A DNA stretch of 64,000 bases from Pseudomonadota bacterium (GTDB lineage Bacteria; Pseudomonadota; Alphaproteobacteria; Rickettsiales; UBA6187). The stretch is from positions 448,718 to 512,717 of the forward strand of contig JAQCEY010000001.1 of the NCBI GenBank assembly GCA_027620075.1. The letters run 5' to 3'. Both the position numbers and the translations under genes were made by a program. Shown here piece by piece: positions 38,285-48,007 of this stretch. Within the stretch, counting starts at the first letter, position 1. The number at the start of each line of letters is the position of its first letter. The notes beneath the pieces are model-generated. The model saw nothing but the letters and a program-made list of their open reading frames with translations. It was not told the origin of the DNA and ran no database searches.

Positions 38285-39775
38285 CTATCCTTCCAGATAT
38301 CTTTTTTTCAAATGGTTCTTATAGACCTCAACATCAAGTTCGCTTCCGGTAGCACCCTTGACTATCTCGTCAGATGACATTTTAGAGCCTTTTTCATGCA
38401 CGTTCTTATTTAACCATTCTTTTAACGGCTTGAAGTCCCCTTTACCTATAGAAGGCATAATATCGTTGTTATTATGGTTTGCCGCATCAAATAACTGGGA
38501 GGCATAAATAGCACCTAACGTATATGTAGGGAAATATCCGAAAGCACCGTCCATCCAGTGGATATCCTGCATACAGCCATCTTTATCGTCTTTAACCTTT
38601 ATTCCGAGGAACTTCTTCATTCCCTGATTCCACGCCTCAGGCAGGTCTTCAACTTCCATATCTCCCGAAATTATATATTTTTCAATATAATATCTTAAAA
38701 TAATATGGGCAGGATATGTAACCTCATCAGCATCTACCCTTATAAGTGAAGGCTCAACTTTATTATAAATATGGTACAAATTATCAGGGTTAAGGCTTTT
38801 TGACTTTGAGTTAAACTCTTTTTTAAGCACTCCGGATACGAAATTGATGAACTCACGGCTTCTACATGCCTGCATCTCTATCAACAAAGACTGGCTTTCA
38901 TGTATGCTCATACCCCTTGCCTTGCCTACAGGCTGATTAAGCCATTTTTTAGGCAGACCTTCTTCATACATAGCATGTCCGGCTTCATGAACAACCCCCA
39001 TTAAGGACGGTATAAAATCGTCTTTGTCATATCTGGTTGTTATCCTTATATCGGTCGGATACCCACCGCAAAACGGATGCAAACTCTCGTCAAGTCTGCC
39101 GTAATCCCTATCAAATCCTATAACCTCAAGCATTTTAGAAGCTATCATTTTCTGCTTTTCTATATCGAAAGGCCCTTTTATTTGGGTAACTTTTTCAGAC
39201 TTTTGCTTTTCTACCACCTGACTTATAAAATCAGGTAAAAACTCTTTCAGATTATCAAAGACCTTATCTAACTGTTTGGATTTTCTATCAGGGTCGTACC
39301 TGTCAAGTAAAGCATCATATGGCGAACAGCCAAAAGCCTCACCTTTTAATTTTGCAATTTCCCTGACTAAAGAAACAACTTTTTTCAAATGCGGTAATAA
39401 TTTCTTGAAATCATTATTTGACCTTGCCTCACGCCAGACTATCTCACACTTAGCACCTTCCCTTGTAAGCTCGCTTATTAGCTTTGCAGGAACGGAAGCG
39501 TTATGGTTCCAAGCTCTTTTCATTTCATTTAAATTGGCTTTTTGCCAGTCATTTAACTTGCGTCCGTTAATTCCGGCACTTTCTAATAAATCACCCACTC
39601 CGTCATCTGTCAGGATAGCATGATGAATATCGCCTAAGGTTGCCAACTGCTCGGCTCTTGCCTCAGCACCACCGGCAGGCATCTTTGTAGCCATATCCCA
39701 ATGCAGCACCGCACTTGCCTGCTCAATATCGTTTAATTTTTTAAAAATCTTTTCTAAAGTTTTGTAATTATCCAT
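38285..39775 (-). CDS. Carboxypeptidase Taq-type metallopeptidase (M32)
   Basis: HEAGHAMYE zinc motif, the HPF motif (LHPFCGG) and IRVDADEVTYPAHIILRY. Confidence 0.85.
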   Translation of the reverse strand: MDNYKTLEKIFKKLNDIEQASAVLHWDMATKMPAGGAEARAEQLATLGDIHHAILTDDGVGDLLESAGINGRKLNDWQKANLNEMKRAWNHNASVPAKLISELTREGAKCEIVWREARSNNDFKKLLPHLKKVVSLVREIAKLKGEAFGCSPYDALLDRYDPDRKSKQLDKVFDNLKEFLPDFISQVVEKQKSEKVTQIKGPFDIEKQKMIASKMLEVIGFDRDYGRLDESLHPFCGGYPTDIRITTRYDKDDFIPSLMGVVHEAGHAMYEEGLPKKWLNQPVGKARGMSIHESQSLLIEMQACRSREFINFVSGVLKKEFNSKSKSLNPDNLYHIYNKVEPSLIRVDADEVTYPAHIILRYYIEKYIISGDMEVEDLPEAWNQGMKKFLGIKVKDDKDGCMQDIHWMDGAFGYFPTYTLGAIYASQLFDAANHNNNDIMPSIGKGDFKPLKEWLNKNVHEKGSKMSSDEIVKGATGSELDVEVYKNHLKKRYLEG

Positions 39776-39811
39776 ATTTTACCATTATTGTTATCGCATC
39801 CGTATCACAAA

Positions 39812-40513
39812 CTATTTTTCGGCTTTTCTGCTATAAAGAAAATAAATCACCAGCAATATAATTGCCAGAGAATACCATGTTACCGCATATTGCAGATGGT
39901 CGTTCCTTACTTTTATAAACTCATCTGAGGCTATTGGGTATATATTTTTTTTATCTTTTTTCAACGCTCTAACATAGAAATTTTGTAGATTAATGCCAGC
40001 GTAATTTTCAATTTCATCTAAATCTATCCAAAACCATAGGTTTTTTGCAACATCATTTTCAGGAGTAAACCGCCCCGGCGTTTCTCCGGCATGGATAATC
40101 CCTTCTATTTCCACCATGCCTTCTTCTAAGGTTTCAGGTCTTTTCTCCGGTGATTTTATATCGGAATTTACCCACCCCCTATCGACAAGGACATAATTGC
40201 CTTCTTCAATTTTCAGAGGCGTAAGTATATCGTACCCGGGTCTTCCTCTTTCAGCCTTAGGCCCCACGAACAAATGCACTTCCTTATCATGCAAAAATTC
40301 GCCTCTAACCTTTACACGGCGGTATTTAAATTTTTCTATTTCATTTCTATCTGAGAGCAGCTCTACGGCAGGCAAAGCAGCCCCTTCATTAATCTCTTTG
40401 ACAAGAGTCCGCTTCCACTGAAGCCTGCTCATTTGCCAACTGCCAAGTGATAATAACAGCACCAATCCGGCAATAGTCATCAATGTTGGAATAGGCTTTG
40501 GTTTGAACTTCAT
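39812..40513 (-). CDS. SURF1 family cytochrome oxidase assembly protein
   Basis: N- and C-terminal TM segments, GSWQMSRLQWK...VLVDRGWV...NDHLQYAVTWY. It is adjacent to the cta genes. Confidence 0.85.
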   Translation of the reverse strand: MKFKPKPIPTLMTIAGLVLLLSLGSWQMSRLQWKRTLVKEINEGAALPAVELLSDRNEIEKFKYRRVKVRGEFLHDKEVHLFVGPKAERGRPGYDILTPLKIEEGNYVLVDRGWVNSDIKSPEKRPETLEEGMVEIEGIIHAGETPGRFTPENDVAKNLWFWIDLDEIENYAGINLQNFYVRALKKDKKNIYPIASDEFIKVRNDHLQYAVTWYSLAIILLVIYFLYSRKAEK

Positions 40514-40878
40514 TTTTTTTCCTTTTTAGCAAACCCAAGAACATTATGTTTATACTGAGCTGCTATTAAAAAAGATTTCATTACTTTCAAAAGATATATA
40601 GACATAATAATTGTTACGGGTGTCCATAATATCATATGCAGCAATATATGCATAGGGTACATAAATTCAACTAAAACCGCCAAACATGTTACGACCGCCC
40701 CTACAATAAACATCGCAAAAAATGCCGGACCGTCACCTGCGTCATGCTCTTTTAACGCAAAGCCGCAAACTTCACACTCGTCCTTTACTTTTAATAAAGA
40801 ACCATAAATGCCCCCCTTTCCACAAGACGGACATTTATGAAAAAATGATATTTTGTATATTGATACAGGCTTCTTCAA
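40510..40878 (-). CDS. DUF983 membrane protein
   Basis: CPSCGKG...CEVCG zinc-ribbon-like pairs followed by two TM segments. The 3' end overlaps the SURF1 start by 4 nt. Confidence 0.7.
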   Translation of the reverse strand: MKKPVSIYKISFFHKCPSCGKGGIYGSLLKVKDECEVCGFALKEHDAGDGPAFFAMFIVGAVVTCLAVLVEFMYPMHILLHMILWTPVTIIMSIYLLKVMKSFLIAAQYKHNVLGFAKKEKK

Positions 40879-40931
40879 AGAAAAACACTCCCGATACCTG
40901 TTTTAAACAAAAATTCAGCCTGAAATAATTA

Positions 40932-41762
40932 CTAACTACCCCAAACATATACGAAGGCGAACAGGAACAACCACACAACATCTACGAAATGCCAATACCA
41001 AGCCGCAAACTCAAAACCAAGATGGTGCTTAGGACTCATATCACCTTTTAAGGCACGTATCAGACATATAGCCAAAAAGATAGTCCCTATAAGCACGTGT
41101 GCACCGTGGAATCCCGTAGCCATGTAGAAGTTTGAAGAATAAATGCCGTCTTTAAACCCGAATGCCGCATGATGGTATTCGTAAGCCTGTAAACATGTAA
41201 ATGATATACCCAGCAATACGGTTATCAACAACGCTCTTATCAGGTTTTTTCTGTCATTGCGTAATAAAGCGTAATGCGCCCATGTAACCGTAGTACCCGA
41301 TAGAAGAAGAACAAGGGTGTTAATAAAAGGCAAATCCCACGCATTAAAGGTTTCAATTCCCACCGGAGGCCAAACGCCTTCAACAACTTTTATACCTTCC
41401 TCGAATATATGCGCACCGTCGAACACTAATTCAGGAGCCAGTGCCGCCTTAAAGAACGCCCAGAAGAATGCAAAGAAAAACATTACCTCAGATAGTATGA
41501 ACAACGCCATACCCACACGCAAACCATGCTGTACAAGATTTTTATGATGCCCGCCTTTACCCTCTTTTATAACGTCCTTCCACCACACGAACATAGTGAA
41601 TATTACAGCCGCAAAACCTGCTATTAGCATTATATTCCCGGCTGGCTTCCCATGCATAAAAAACAAAGCCCCCGTAGCAAGTAATAAACCTGAAAATGCA
41701 CCTATTAAAGGCCATGGACTAGGGTCTACCAGATGGTAATCGTGCTTTTGTTCTCCACTCAT
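40932..41762 (-). CDS. ctaE: Cytochrome c oxidase subunit III
   Basis: HDYHLVDPSPWP...TGFHGAHVLIGT...AAWYWHFVDVVWLFLF. The likely start is MSGEQKH at 41762. Confidence 0.95.
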   Translation of the reverse strand: MSGEQKHDYHLVDPSPWPLIGAFSGLLLATGALFFMHGKPAGNIMLIAGFAAVIFTMFVWWKDVIKEGKGGHHKNLVQHGLRVGMALFILSEVMFFFAFFWAFFKAALAPELVFDGAHIFEEGIKVVEGVWPPVGIETFNAWDLPFINTLVLLLSGTTVTWAHYALLRNDRKNLIRALLITVLLGISFTCLQAYEYHHAAFGFKDGIYSSNFYMATGFHGAHVLIGTIFLAICLIRALKGDMSPKHHLGFEFAAWYWHFVDVVWLFLFAFVYVWGS

Positions 41763-41830
41763 TACAAACTCCACATTAATTTTACTTTTTTGTCTTTATA
41801 CAGACATTAATTCAAAAATCCAGTAATAAA

Positions 41831-42382
41831 CTATTCTGCAGCCTTAAAAAACGTATAAGATAATGTTATAGTTTTTACATCATTCATATACGGGTCGTTC
41901 TCTATTTCAGGGTCAATATAGAATGAAACCGGCATTTCCACCTTTTCATGTGCCGACAATGTCTGCTCGTTAAAACAGAAACACTGCACTTTAAAAAAAT
42001 ATTCAGACGCTTTGGCAGGCGTTACGTTATACGTGGCCATTCCTTTTACGGCACTATCGGAAGTATTTTCCGCTGTATAAAAAACTAATTTATTTTCTCC
42101 GGTTTTTACGCTAACCTCCTTTTGTAAAGGAGAAAACTTCCACGGAATGTCCTGCATTATGTCGGAATTGAACCTTACATTTATCGTCCTACCGCCAACC
42201 TGCAATTTAGATGCGGTAAGCTCGTCAGATGTAAGCGGAGTGCCGCCATAACCGGTAATTTTACAAAAAAGATTGTAAATCGGAAATGATGCAAATGCCA
42301 ACAAGAACATGCCCAAAACAAGCGCTACGACCTTTATGGCTGTTTTATTATTATTGTTGTTGTTGTCTTTCGATTCTTGCAT
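41831..42382 (-). CDS. ctaG: Cytochrome c oxidase assembly protein CtaG/Cox11
   Basis: LFCKITGYGGTP...KVQCFCF, the Cox11 copper-binding motif. Confidence 0.9.
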   Translation of the reverse strand: MQESKDNNNNNNKTAIKVVALVLGMFLLAFASFPIYNLFCKITGYGGTPLTSDELTASKLQVGGRTINVRFNSDIMQDIPWKFSPLQKEVSVKTGENKLVFYTAENTSDSAVKGMATYNVTPAKASEYFFKVQCFCFNEQTLSAHEKVEMPVSFYIDPEIENDPYMNDVKTITLSYTFFKAAE

Positions 42383-42506
42383 TTTTCGCAGCTATTTGTA
42401 GTTTAACCATTGTAACAGTAAAAAAAGTAGCAATCAGCAACGTAAGTACTATCAGTAACGCATAGTTTTTCGCTTTTTTCTTTTCATGTATTTCGTGATG
42501 CGGCAT
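42351..42506 (-). CDS. Small single-TM ORF between ctaB and ctaG (not in the ORF track)
   Basis: My translation is MPHHEIHEKKKAKNYALLIVLTLLIATFFTVTMVKLQIAAKNARIERQQQQ*. The ATG lies 1 nt after the ctaB stop, and the 3' end overlaps the ctaG start by 32 nt. Confidence 0.45.
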   Translation of the reverse strand: MPHHEIHEKKKAKNYALLIVLTLLIATFFTVTMVKLQIAAKNARIERQQQQ

Positions 42507-42507
42507 C

Positions 42508-43407
42508 TTATAAAATCCTGTCTATTATCATTGATAAAAACAATACCGATAGGTACAACAACGAAAATTTAAATGTTTTTCTCGCTAATTCTTCCGAATA
42601 CTCGCCGTATAAATCCTTAGCCAGTTTCATAAAATATATACCCAAAGCAAAAGCAGATAAAAGGTATATAGTTCCAAACATACCGGCGGCTATCGGCAAC
42701 ATACTTGCGGCAAATAATATTACCGTATAAATATATATCTGTTTTCTAGTCTCCAAATCTCCGGCAACCACAGGCAGCATAGGAATATTCGCCGCTTTAT
42801 AATCTTCGTTTTTATATAACGCCAATGCCCAAAAATGCGGTGGTGTCCACAAAAATATAATTAAAAAAAGCAGAAAACTCTGGAACGACACATCTCCTGT
42901 AACCGCAGCCCAGCCTATCATAGGAGGAAAAGCCCCCGCCGCACCGCCTATTACTATATTTTGCGGTGTTCTTCTTTTTAACCAGATTGTATAAACAAAT
43001 ACATAAAACAATATGGCAAGCAACAGCAAGAAACCTGCCGTAAAATTAACCGCTAGCGACATCAGCAAAACACTGATAAAAGCACTGACAACGGCAAATT
43101 CCAACGCACTTTGATGCATCATACGCTTAGACGGCAAAGGGCGGTTCTTCGTCCTTTTCATCAGGGCATCAACATCTCTTTCATACCACATATTAACAGC
43201 ACCGGCAGCACCCGAGCCAAGGGCAATACAAAATGTGGCAACAAAAGCTATTAACTGGTGTATTTCACCCGGTGCAAGGAATATACCTACCAAACCCGTA
43301 AAAACCACGAGTGACATCACCCGTGGTTTTAGCAGTGCAATATAATCTTTTATTCTCGATTCTGAAATATCGATAGAATCAATAGTTACATCAATATTTT
43401 CACTCAA
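42508..43407 (-). CDS. ctaB: Protoheme IX farnesyltransferase (heme O synthase)
   Basis: LLKPRVMSLVVFT...NMWYERDVDALMKRTKNRPLP, a polytopic membrane protein. Confidence 0.9.
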   Translation of the reverse strand: MSENIDVTIDSIDISESRIKDYIALLKPRVMSLVVFTGLVGIFLAPGEIHQLIAFVATFCIALGSGAAGAVNMWYERDVDALMKRTKNRPLPSKRMMHQSALEFAVVSAFISVLLMSLAVNFTAGFLLLLAILFYVFVYTIWLKRRTPQNIVIGGAAGAFPPMIGWAAVTGDVSFQSFLLFLIIFLWTPPHFWALALYKNEDYKAANIPMLPVVAGDLETRKQIYIYTVILFAASMLPIAAGMFGTIYLLSAFALGIYFMKLAKDLYGEYSEELARKTFKFSLLYLSVLFLSMIIDRIL

Positions 43408-43419
43408 ATCAACTTACCT

Positions 43420-45027
43420 CTATTTTATTTTCGGTATCTCATCATAACTATGGAAGTTAGGCGGAGAAGGTAAAGTCCATTCCAAAGTACCCGATATATC
43501 GTTCCACGGATCGTTAGGACATTTTTTACCGAATTTCAACGTGTGGAAAATTATGTATACAAAGAACAATGCCGCAGCAAATGAAATATAAGAACCCCAT
43601 GAAGAAACCTCGTTCCAACCTGCAAATGCATCAGGATAATCCGGAATCCTTCTAGGCATACCTGCCAACCCTAAAAAGTGCTGAGGGAAAAATGTAATAT
43701 TAACACCTATAAATGTCAGCCAGAAATGTATTTTGCCTAAGCATTCATTATATTGACGACCAGACATTTTACCAAACCAGTAGTAAAACGCTGCATATGC
43801 CGAGAAAATCGCTCCCATAGACATTGTATAGTGGAAGTGAGCTACAACGTAATAAGTATCATGGAAAACCCTATCCAGACCGCCGTTTGCAAGCACTACT
43901 CCCGTTACACCGCCTACAGTGAACAGGAATATCATGCCTATAGCAAATAACATAGGTGTCTTGAACTCAATAGAACCACCCCACATTGTAGCTATCCAGC
44001 TAAATATCTTAATTCCCGTAGGAACGGCAATAACCATAGTGGCAAGGGTAAAATACGCAAGCGTATCAACATTAAGTCCGGTAGTGTACATATGGTGAGC
44101 CCACACAACGAAACCTACAACACCGATACTAGCCATAGCGTATGCCATTCCTAAATAACCGAAAACCGGCTTTTTTGAGAAAGTTGATACAACATGGCTG
44201 ATTATACCGAATCCCGGAAGAATTATAATATAAACCTCAGGGTGCCCGAAAAACCAGAATAGATGCTGCCAGAACACAGGATCACCACCGCCCGCAGGAT
44301 CAAAGAAGCTTGTCCCGAAGTTCCTGTCGGTAAGCAACATGGTAATAGCACCTGCCAACACAGGCAACGCCAATACAAGCAAGAAAGCGGTAATCAGCAC
44401 AGACCATACATATAAAGGCATTTTATGTAACGTCATACCGGGAGCACGCATATTAAGTATTGTAACTATCATATTGATAGCACCCAATATTGACGAGGCT
44501 CCGGCAAGGTGAAGGGCGAATATTCCCATGTCAACCGCCATTCCGGACTGGAAAATACTATTCGACAGCGGAGGATACACCGTCCACCCCGTACCCACGC
44601 CGCCATCTACGAATGCAGAAGCAAGAAGCATTAGCAAGGCAACAGCCAATAACCAGAAGCTTATGTTATTCATACGAGGGAACGCCATATCAGGTGCACC
44701 TATTTGCAAAGGAATGAACCAGTTACCGAACCCACCGAAAAGTGCCGGCATTATCATGAAAAACACCATTATAAATGCGTGTGCGGTAAGGAAAACGTTA
44801 TATATCTGGTTAGGGTCGGTACCGAAAACACTCCCTCCCATAAAGTCCGCCAACATAGGAAAGAACTGCAACCCCGGCTCTGCCAGCTCTTTTCTCATCG
44901 CTACAGAGAACAAGCCCCCGACCAATCCGCCGAAAATTGCCAATATCAGGTATAACGTACCTATGTCTTTATGGTTAGTTGATAAAAACCATCTTTTAAA
45001 ACCAGTTGGATTTGCATGACCGCCCAT
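43420..45027 (-). CDS. ctaD: Cytochrome c oxidase subunit I
   Basis: [15 protein letters not shown]...[17 protein letters not shown]...HHMYTTG...HFHY. Confidence 0.97.
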   Translation of the reverse strand: MGGHANPTGFKRWFLSTNHKDIGTLYLILAIFGGLVGGLFSVAMRKELAEPGLQFFPMLADFMGGSVFGTDPNQIYNVFLTAHAFIMVFFMIMPALFGGFGNWFIPLQIGAPDMAFPRMNNISFWLLAVALLMLLASAFVDGGVGTGWTVYPPLSNSIFQSGMAVDMGIFALHLAGASSILGAINMIVTILNMRAPGMTLHKMPLYVWSVLITAFLLVLALPVLAGAITMLLTDRNFGTSFFDPAGGGDPVFWQHLFWFFGHPEVYIIILPGFGIISHVVSTFSKKPVFGYLGMAYAMASIGVVGFVVWAHHMYTTGLNVDTLAYFTLATMVIAVPTGIKIFSWIATMWGGSIEFKTPMLFAIGMIFLFTVGGVTGVVLANGGLDRVFHDTYYVVAHFHYTMSMGAIFSAYAAFYYWFGKMSGRQYNECLGKIHFWLTFIGVNITFFPQHFLGLAGMPRRIPDYPDAFAGWNEVSSWGSYISFAAALFFVYIIFHTLKFGKKCPNDPWNDISGTLEWTLPSPPNFHSYDEIPKIK

Positions 45028-45084
45028 ACCGAATTTTCCCTTACTTAATTATTTATCAAAAATTATTTAAATGCTTAAACCGGA

Positions 45085-45867
45085 TTAACTTTCAACGCCG
45101 AATTCAGGCTTTACTCGCTCAACCCAAGCTTCGAATTCTTCTTTAGTTACAACTTTCACAGCTATAGGCATGAATCCGTGACCCGTACCGCAAAGCTCCG
45201 AGCACTGACCGTAATATGTACCTGTTTCTTTTACTTTTAGCCAACCTTCATTCAATCTACCAGGAATCGCTTCAAGCTTAGTACCGAACGCAGGAATAGC
45301 CCAGTTATGTATAACATCGCCACCTGTAGATTGCAGCCTAATAGTAGTATCAACCGGTATCACCACCTGATTATCTACAGTTAGAAGCCTTGGCTGCCCC
45401 TCTTTTAAATCTTCATCGGCAACTATACGGCTATCGAAAGCAAGATTCTGGTCAGGATACTGATAAGTCCAGTACCACTGCTTACCGATAACCTTTAGGG
45501 TCATCTCGGCATCTTCAGGAACGGTTTCATTATAATATAGCGTCTTCATCGAAGGTACGCATATATATACCAAAATAAGAACAGGTACCACCGTCCAGAT
45601 TATCTCTATTAAAGTGTTATGCGATGTTTTGCTTGGAACAGGATTACTTTTTGCGTTAAATTTTATGCAAACATAGGCTAAAAGAAGTACTACGAAAATA
45701 GAGACGGCAAATATGATAACAAGCAGCTCATTATGAAAATCTATAAATTTATCCATTATAGGAGTTGCTGGCTTTTGAAAACCTAACTGCCATGGAACCG
45801 GTTGATCTGCATAGGCATTAACAGATACAAACAGCGAAAAAACTCCTGATAAAAGCTTTTTAAACAT
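45085..45867 (-). CDS. ctaC: Cytochrome c oxidase subunit II
   Basis: Signal peptide and two TM segments, then the CuA site DVIHNWAIP...CSELCGTGHGFM. Confidence 0.95.
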   Translation of the reverse strand: MFKKLLSGVFSLFVSVNAYADQPVPWQLGFQKPATPIMDKFIDFHNELLVIIFAVSIFVVLLLAYVCIKFNAKSNPVPSKTSHNTLIEIIWTVVPVLILVYICVPSMKTLYYNETVPEDAEMTLKVIGKQWYWTYQYPDQNLAFDSRIVADEDLKEGQPRLLTVDNQVVIPVDTTIRLQSTGGDVIHNWAIPAFGTKLEAIPGRLNEGWLKVKETGTYYGQCSELCGTGHGFMPIAVKVVTKEEFEAWVERVKPEFGVES

Positions 45868-45994
45868 ATCTTATTCTACTCTATTTTATTTTTGGTATAA
45901 GTTTTACAACGCCTCATATATAGCCGACTTTTCACAAAAGTAAACATTTAATAGACTAAATACGGAGGGAGCGTTCATTATAAATAGATTTTAT

Positions 45995-46032
45995 AAAAAA
46001 AACACTCCTTATATATAAGGAGTGTTTTTTTT
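45995..46032 (-). terminator. Rho-independent (bidirectional-looking) terminator downstream of the pilin-like gene
   Basis: An A-run, then stem cactcctta (46003-46011) / taaggagtg (46016-46024), then a T-run. Confidence 0.65.
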
Positions 46033-46059
46033 ATAACTTTTTACTATACTTTATTTATT

Positions 46060-46881
46060 TTATAATTCAAATGCGACTGCACAACCTGAACCGGCAGTAG
46101 CAGTATTAGTACCGTCAAGATTATAAGTATCAGGATTAGGAGCAGTATCTATACAGTCGGTCGCAGCAGCACCGGCAACCCCCACACCGACTACAGCACC
46201 CGTAAGAGGTTGACCATCATCAATTTTGTCATCAATACCCTGAACATCCTTAGCATCAAATATCAATCCGTTAGCCATACCTGTACCGGCTGACTGCACA
46301 CCACCGATAAGAACAACATTCCTATTAAAATCCCTTCCACCGGCAGCAGCACCGTCACCGGCAGTGGCATCAGAAGTCCCATCGTCATACACAATAGTAA
46401 TACCCGCACCGGTATATTTAGAAGCAGGTATTTTAATATTTAGATCCGAAGTTGCAACGGCAGTAGCGTTACTAGGAAAGAACGAACCCGGTGTTAAATC
46501 CGCCAATTGAAGATGCTTCCATGCCATATATGATTCGATAGCACCGCCTACACTGGCAAGCACAATCTGCTTATTACCGTTACCGTTACACTCTGCCTGC
46601 ACGCCCGCACCCGTTCCTGCGGCATTACAGCCTTGGGCTGCGGCAGGCCAATATGCAAAAGCATTATTAAAGTCACCCGGCAATGCATCATATTCCAGTT
46701 TAAACGCATTCATAGCCAGCTTTACCTGATTATGCTCGCTTACGACAGAACGAAGCTTTGCCTGCTTTACCAGAGCCTGCCCCCCCACAACACCTGCTAC
46801 AATCAAACCTATAATAACAATAACAATTGAAAGCTCTATAAGAGTAAAGCCCTTGTTTTTATTTTTAATATTCATAAACAC
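46060..46881 (-). CDS. Prepilin-type N-terminal cleavage/methylation domain protein (type IV pilin / pseudopilin-like), orphan, Gly/Ala-rich
   Basis: KG|FTLIELSIVIVIIGLIVAG. About 70 N-terminal residues are closely similar to the ORF at 8222-8899, with shared NGNGN[KR] and ID.KIDDG motifs. Confidence 0.8.
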   Translation of the reverse strand: MFMNIKNKNKGFTLIELSIVIVIIGLIVAGVVGGQALVKQAKLRSVVSEHNQVKLAMNAFKLEYDALPGDFNNAFAYWPAAAQGCNAAGTGAGVQAECNGNGNKQIVLASVGGAIESYMAWKHLQLADLTPGSFFPSNATAVATSDLNIKIPASKYTGAGITIVYDDGTSDATAGDGAAAGGRDFNRNVVLIGGVQSAGTGMANGLIFDAKDVQGIDDKIDDGQPLTGAVVGVGVAGAAATDCIDTAPNPDTYNLDGTNTATAGSGCAVAFEL

Positions 46882-47198
46882 AACCTGAAAAAAAATTAAT
46901 AAAACACAAAAATTAATATAATATGTTTAATAACGCATTGAAGTACGCCCCCGACTTCATTAATCTACAATATAATATTACATCAACGCCAAAATAACAC
47001 TAATCAAATCGTAATTTTATACGAAATAATTGGCTGATAAATTAACCGCAAAAAACCGCCATTCACCTTAAGCCTTTAATAAAAAAACATTTTTATACGC
47101 CGACACATACTTGCTTTATTTTTGCACAACTCAACTAACTATAAAATATGAATATTAATTAAATATTAACATCGCCCGTTCTAAGAGGCTTATTTTGA

Positions 47199-47226
47199 TT
47201 GACTATAGGAAAATATCATGTATAAA
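47199..47226 (+). promoter_or_regulatory. Candidate sigma-70 promoter for rpmH-rnpA
   Basis: TTGACT (47199-47204), a 16-nt spacer, then TATAAA (47221-47226), about 50 nt upstream of the rpmH GTG. Confidence 0.4.
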
Positions 47227-47274
47227 GGCGGACTATTTTTTATAATTATAATGAGATTTTAGGAGTACTTAAAA

Positions 47275-47409
47275 GTGAAACGTACATTCCAGCCAAGTAA
47301 CCGCAAACGCAAAAACAAGCATGGATTTAGAGCTCGTATGAGTACCGTAGGCGGTAGAAAAGTATTAAATAACCGTCGCAAAAAAGGTCGTAAGAAGCTT
47401 AGTGCTTAA
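47275..47409 (+). CDS. rpmH: 50S ribosomal protein L34 (not in the ORF track; GTG start)
   Basis: My translation is [46 protein letters not shown] aggag at 47261-47265. It lies directly upstream of rnpA. Confidence 0.93.
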   Translation: MKRTFQPSNRKRKNKHGFRARMSTVGGRKVLNNRRKKGRKKLSA

Positions 47410-47426
47410 ATTGTATCAAATGTTTT

Positions 47427-47768
47427 ATGAAACTTGTTTCCATAAAAAAAAGAAAAGATTTTGTAAAAATCGCACAAAAAGGAAAGAAAGCTTCCGCCAA
47501 AGGTCTTGTTATACAAGTGAGTGAAAATCTATCACCCGATAAAAACATTCACATCGGCTATACCGTCAGCAAAAAAGTCGGGAATGCGGTTAAACGGAAC
47601 AAGGCAAAACGCAGGTTAAGGGCTTTATCGCAACAAATTATACCTTCTTTTGCAAAACCTGAGTATGATTACGTTATTATAGGCAGAAAAGAAACCCTAG
47701 AGCGTGGCTTCCAAGATTTAAAGAAAGACCTGAAATATACTTTACATTCAACCGATACCCATAAATAA
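47427..47768 (+). CDS. rnpA: Ribonuclease P protein component
   Basis: Basic 113-aa protein (KKVGNAVKRNKAKRRLR) in the conserved rpmH-rnpA-yidD-yidC order. Confidence 0.85.
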   Translation: MKLVSIKKRKDFVKIAQKGKKASAKGLVIQVSENLSPDKNIHIGYTVSKKVGNAVKRNKAKRRLRALSQQIIPSFAKPEYDYVIIGRKETLERGFQDLKKDLKYTLHSTDTHK

Positions 47769-47777
47769 GGTATAAAA

Positions 47778-47990
47778 ATGGTACAGACACTTATTGCTAT
47801 TATAAAGTTATATAAGATAGTAATTTCACCTTTTCTTCCACGTGCCTGCCGTTATTTACCCACCTGTTCGGAGTATGCTGCCGAGGCATTAAAGACGCAC
47901 GGTATAATCCGTGGTGGATATTTATCAATAAAACGTATATTAAGTTGCCATCCATGGGGTAAACATGGTTATGACCCGGTTCCTAAATAA
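47778..47990 (+). CDS. yidD: Membrane protein insertion efficiency factor YidD
   Basis: [27 protein letters not shown]...[20 protein letters not shown]. Confidence 0.9.
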   Translation: MVQTLIAIIKLYKIVISPFLPRACRYLPTCSEYAAEALKTHGIIRGGYLSIKRILSCHPWGKHGYDPVPK

Positions 47991-48007
47991 ACAATCAGGA
48001 TTGTTTT

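Noticed and set aside
44528-45019. Long antisense shadow ORFs inside well-supported genes. Examples: 163 aa in ctaD, 173 aa at 29586-30107 in lipA, 192 aa at 54617-55195 in the chaperone, 154 aa at 22706-23170 in dusB, and 142 aa at 9190-9618 and 50727-51155.
   Set aside because: Each lies opposite a CDS with unmistakable family motifs. Their sequences are low-complexity, Ser/Ile/Phe-rich mirror translations typical of antisense frames.
47155-47169. CtrA-box-like TTAA-N7-TTAA upstream of rpmH.
   Set aside because: It is a single occurrence in a 393-bp, very AT-rich spacer where TTAA is frequent, so it cannot be told apart from chance.
46882-47274. Possible replication origin: a minus-to-plus gene-orientation switch next to rpmH-rnpA-yidC.
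   Set aside because: The spacer has no DnaA-box-like nonamers. The plus-strand block ends after only about 4 kb (argB). Alphaproteobacterial origins are usually near hemE. Whole-genome GC skew is needed to settle it.
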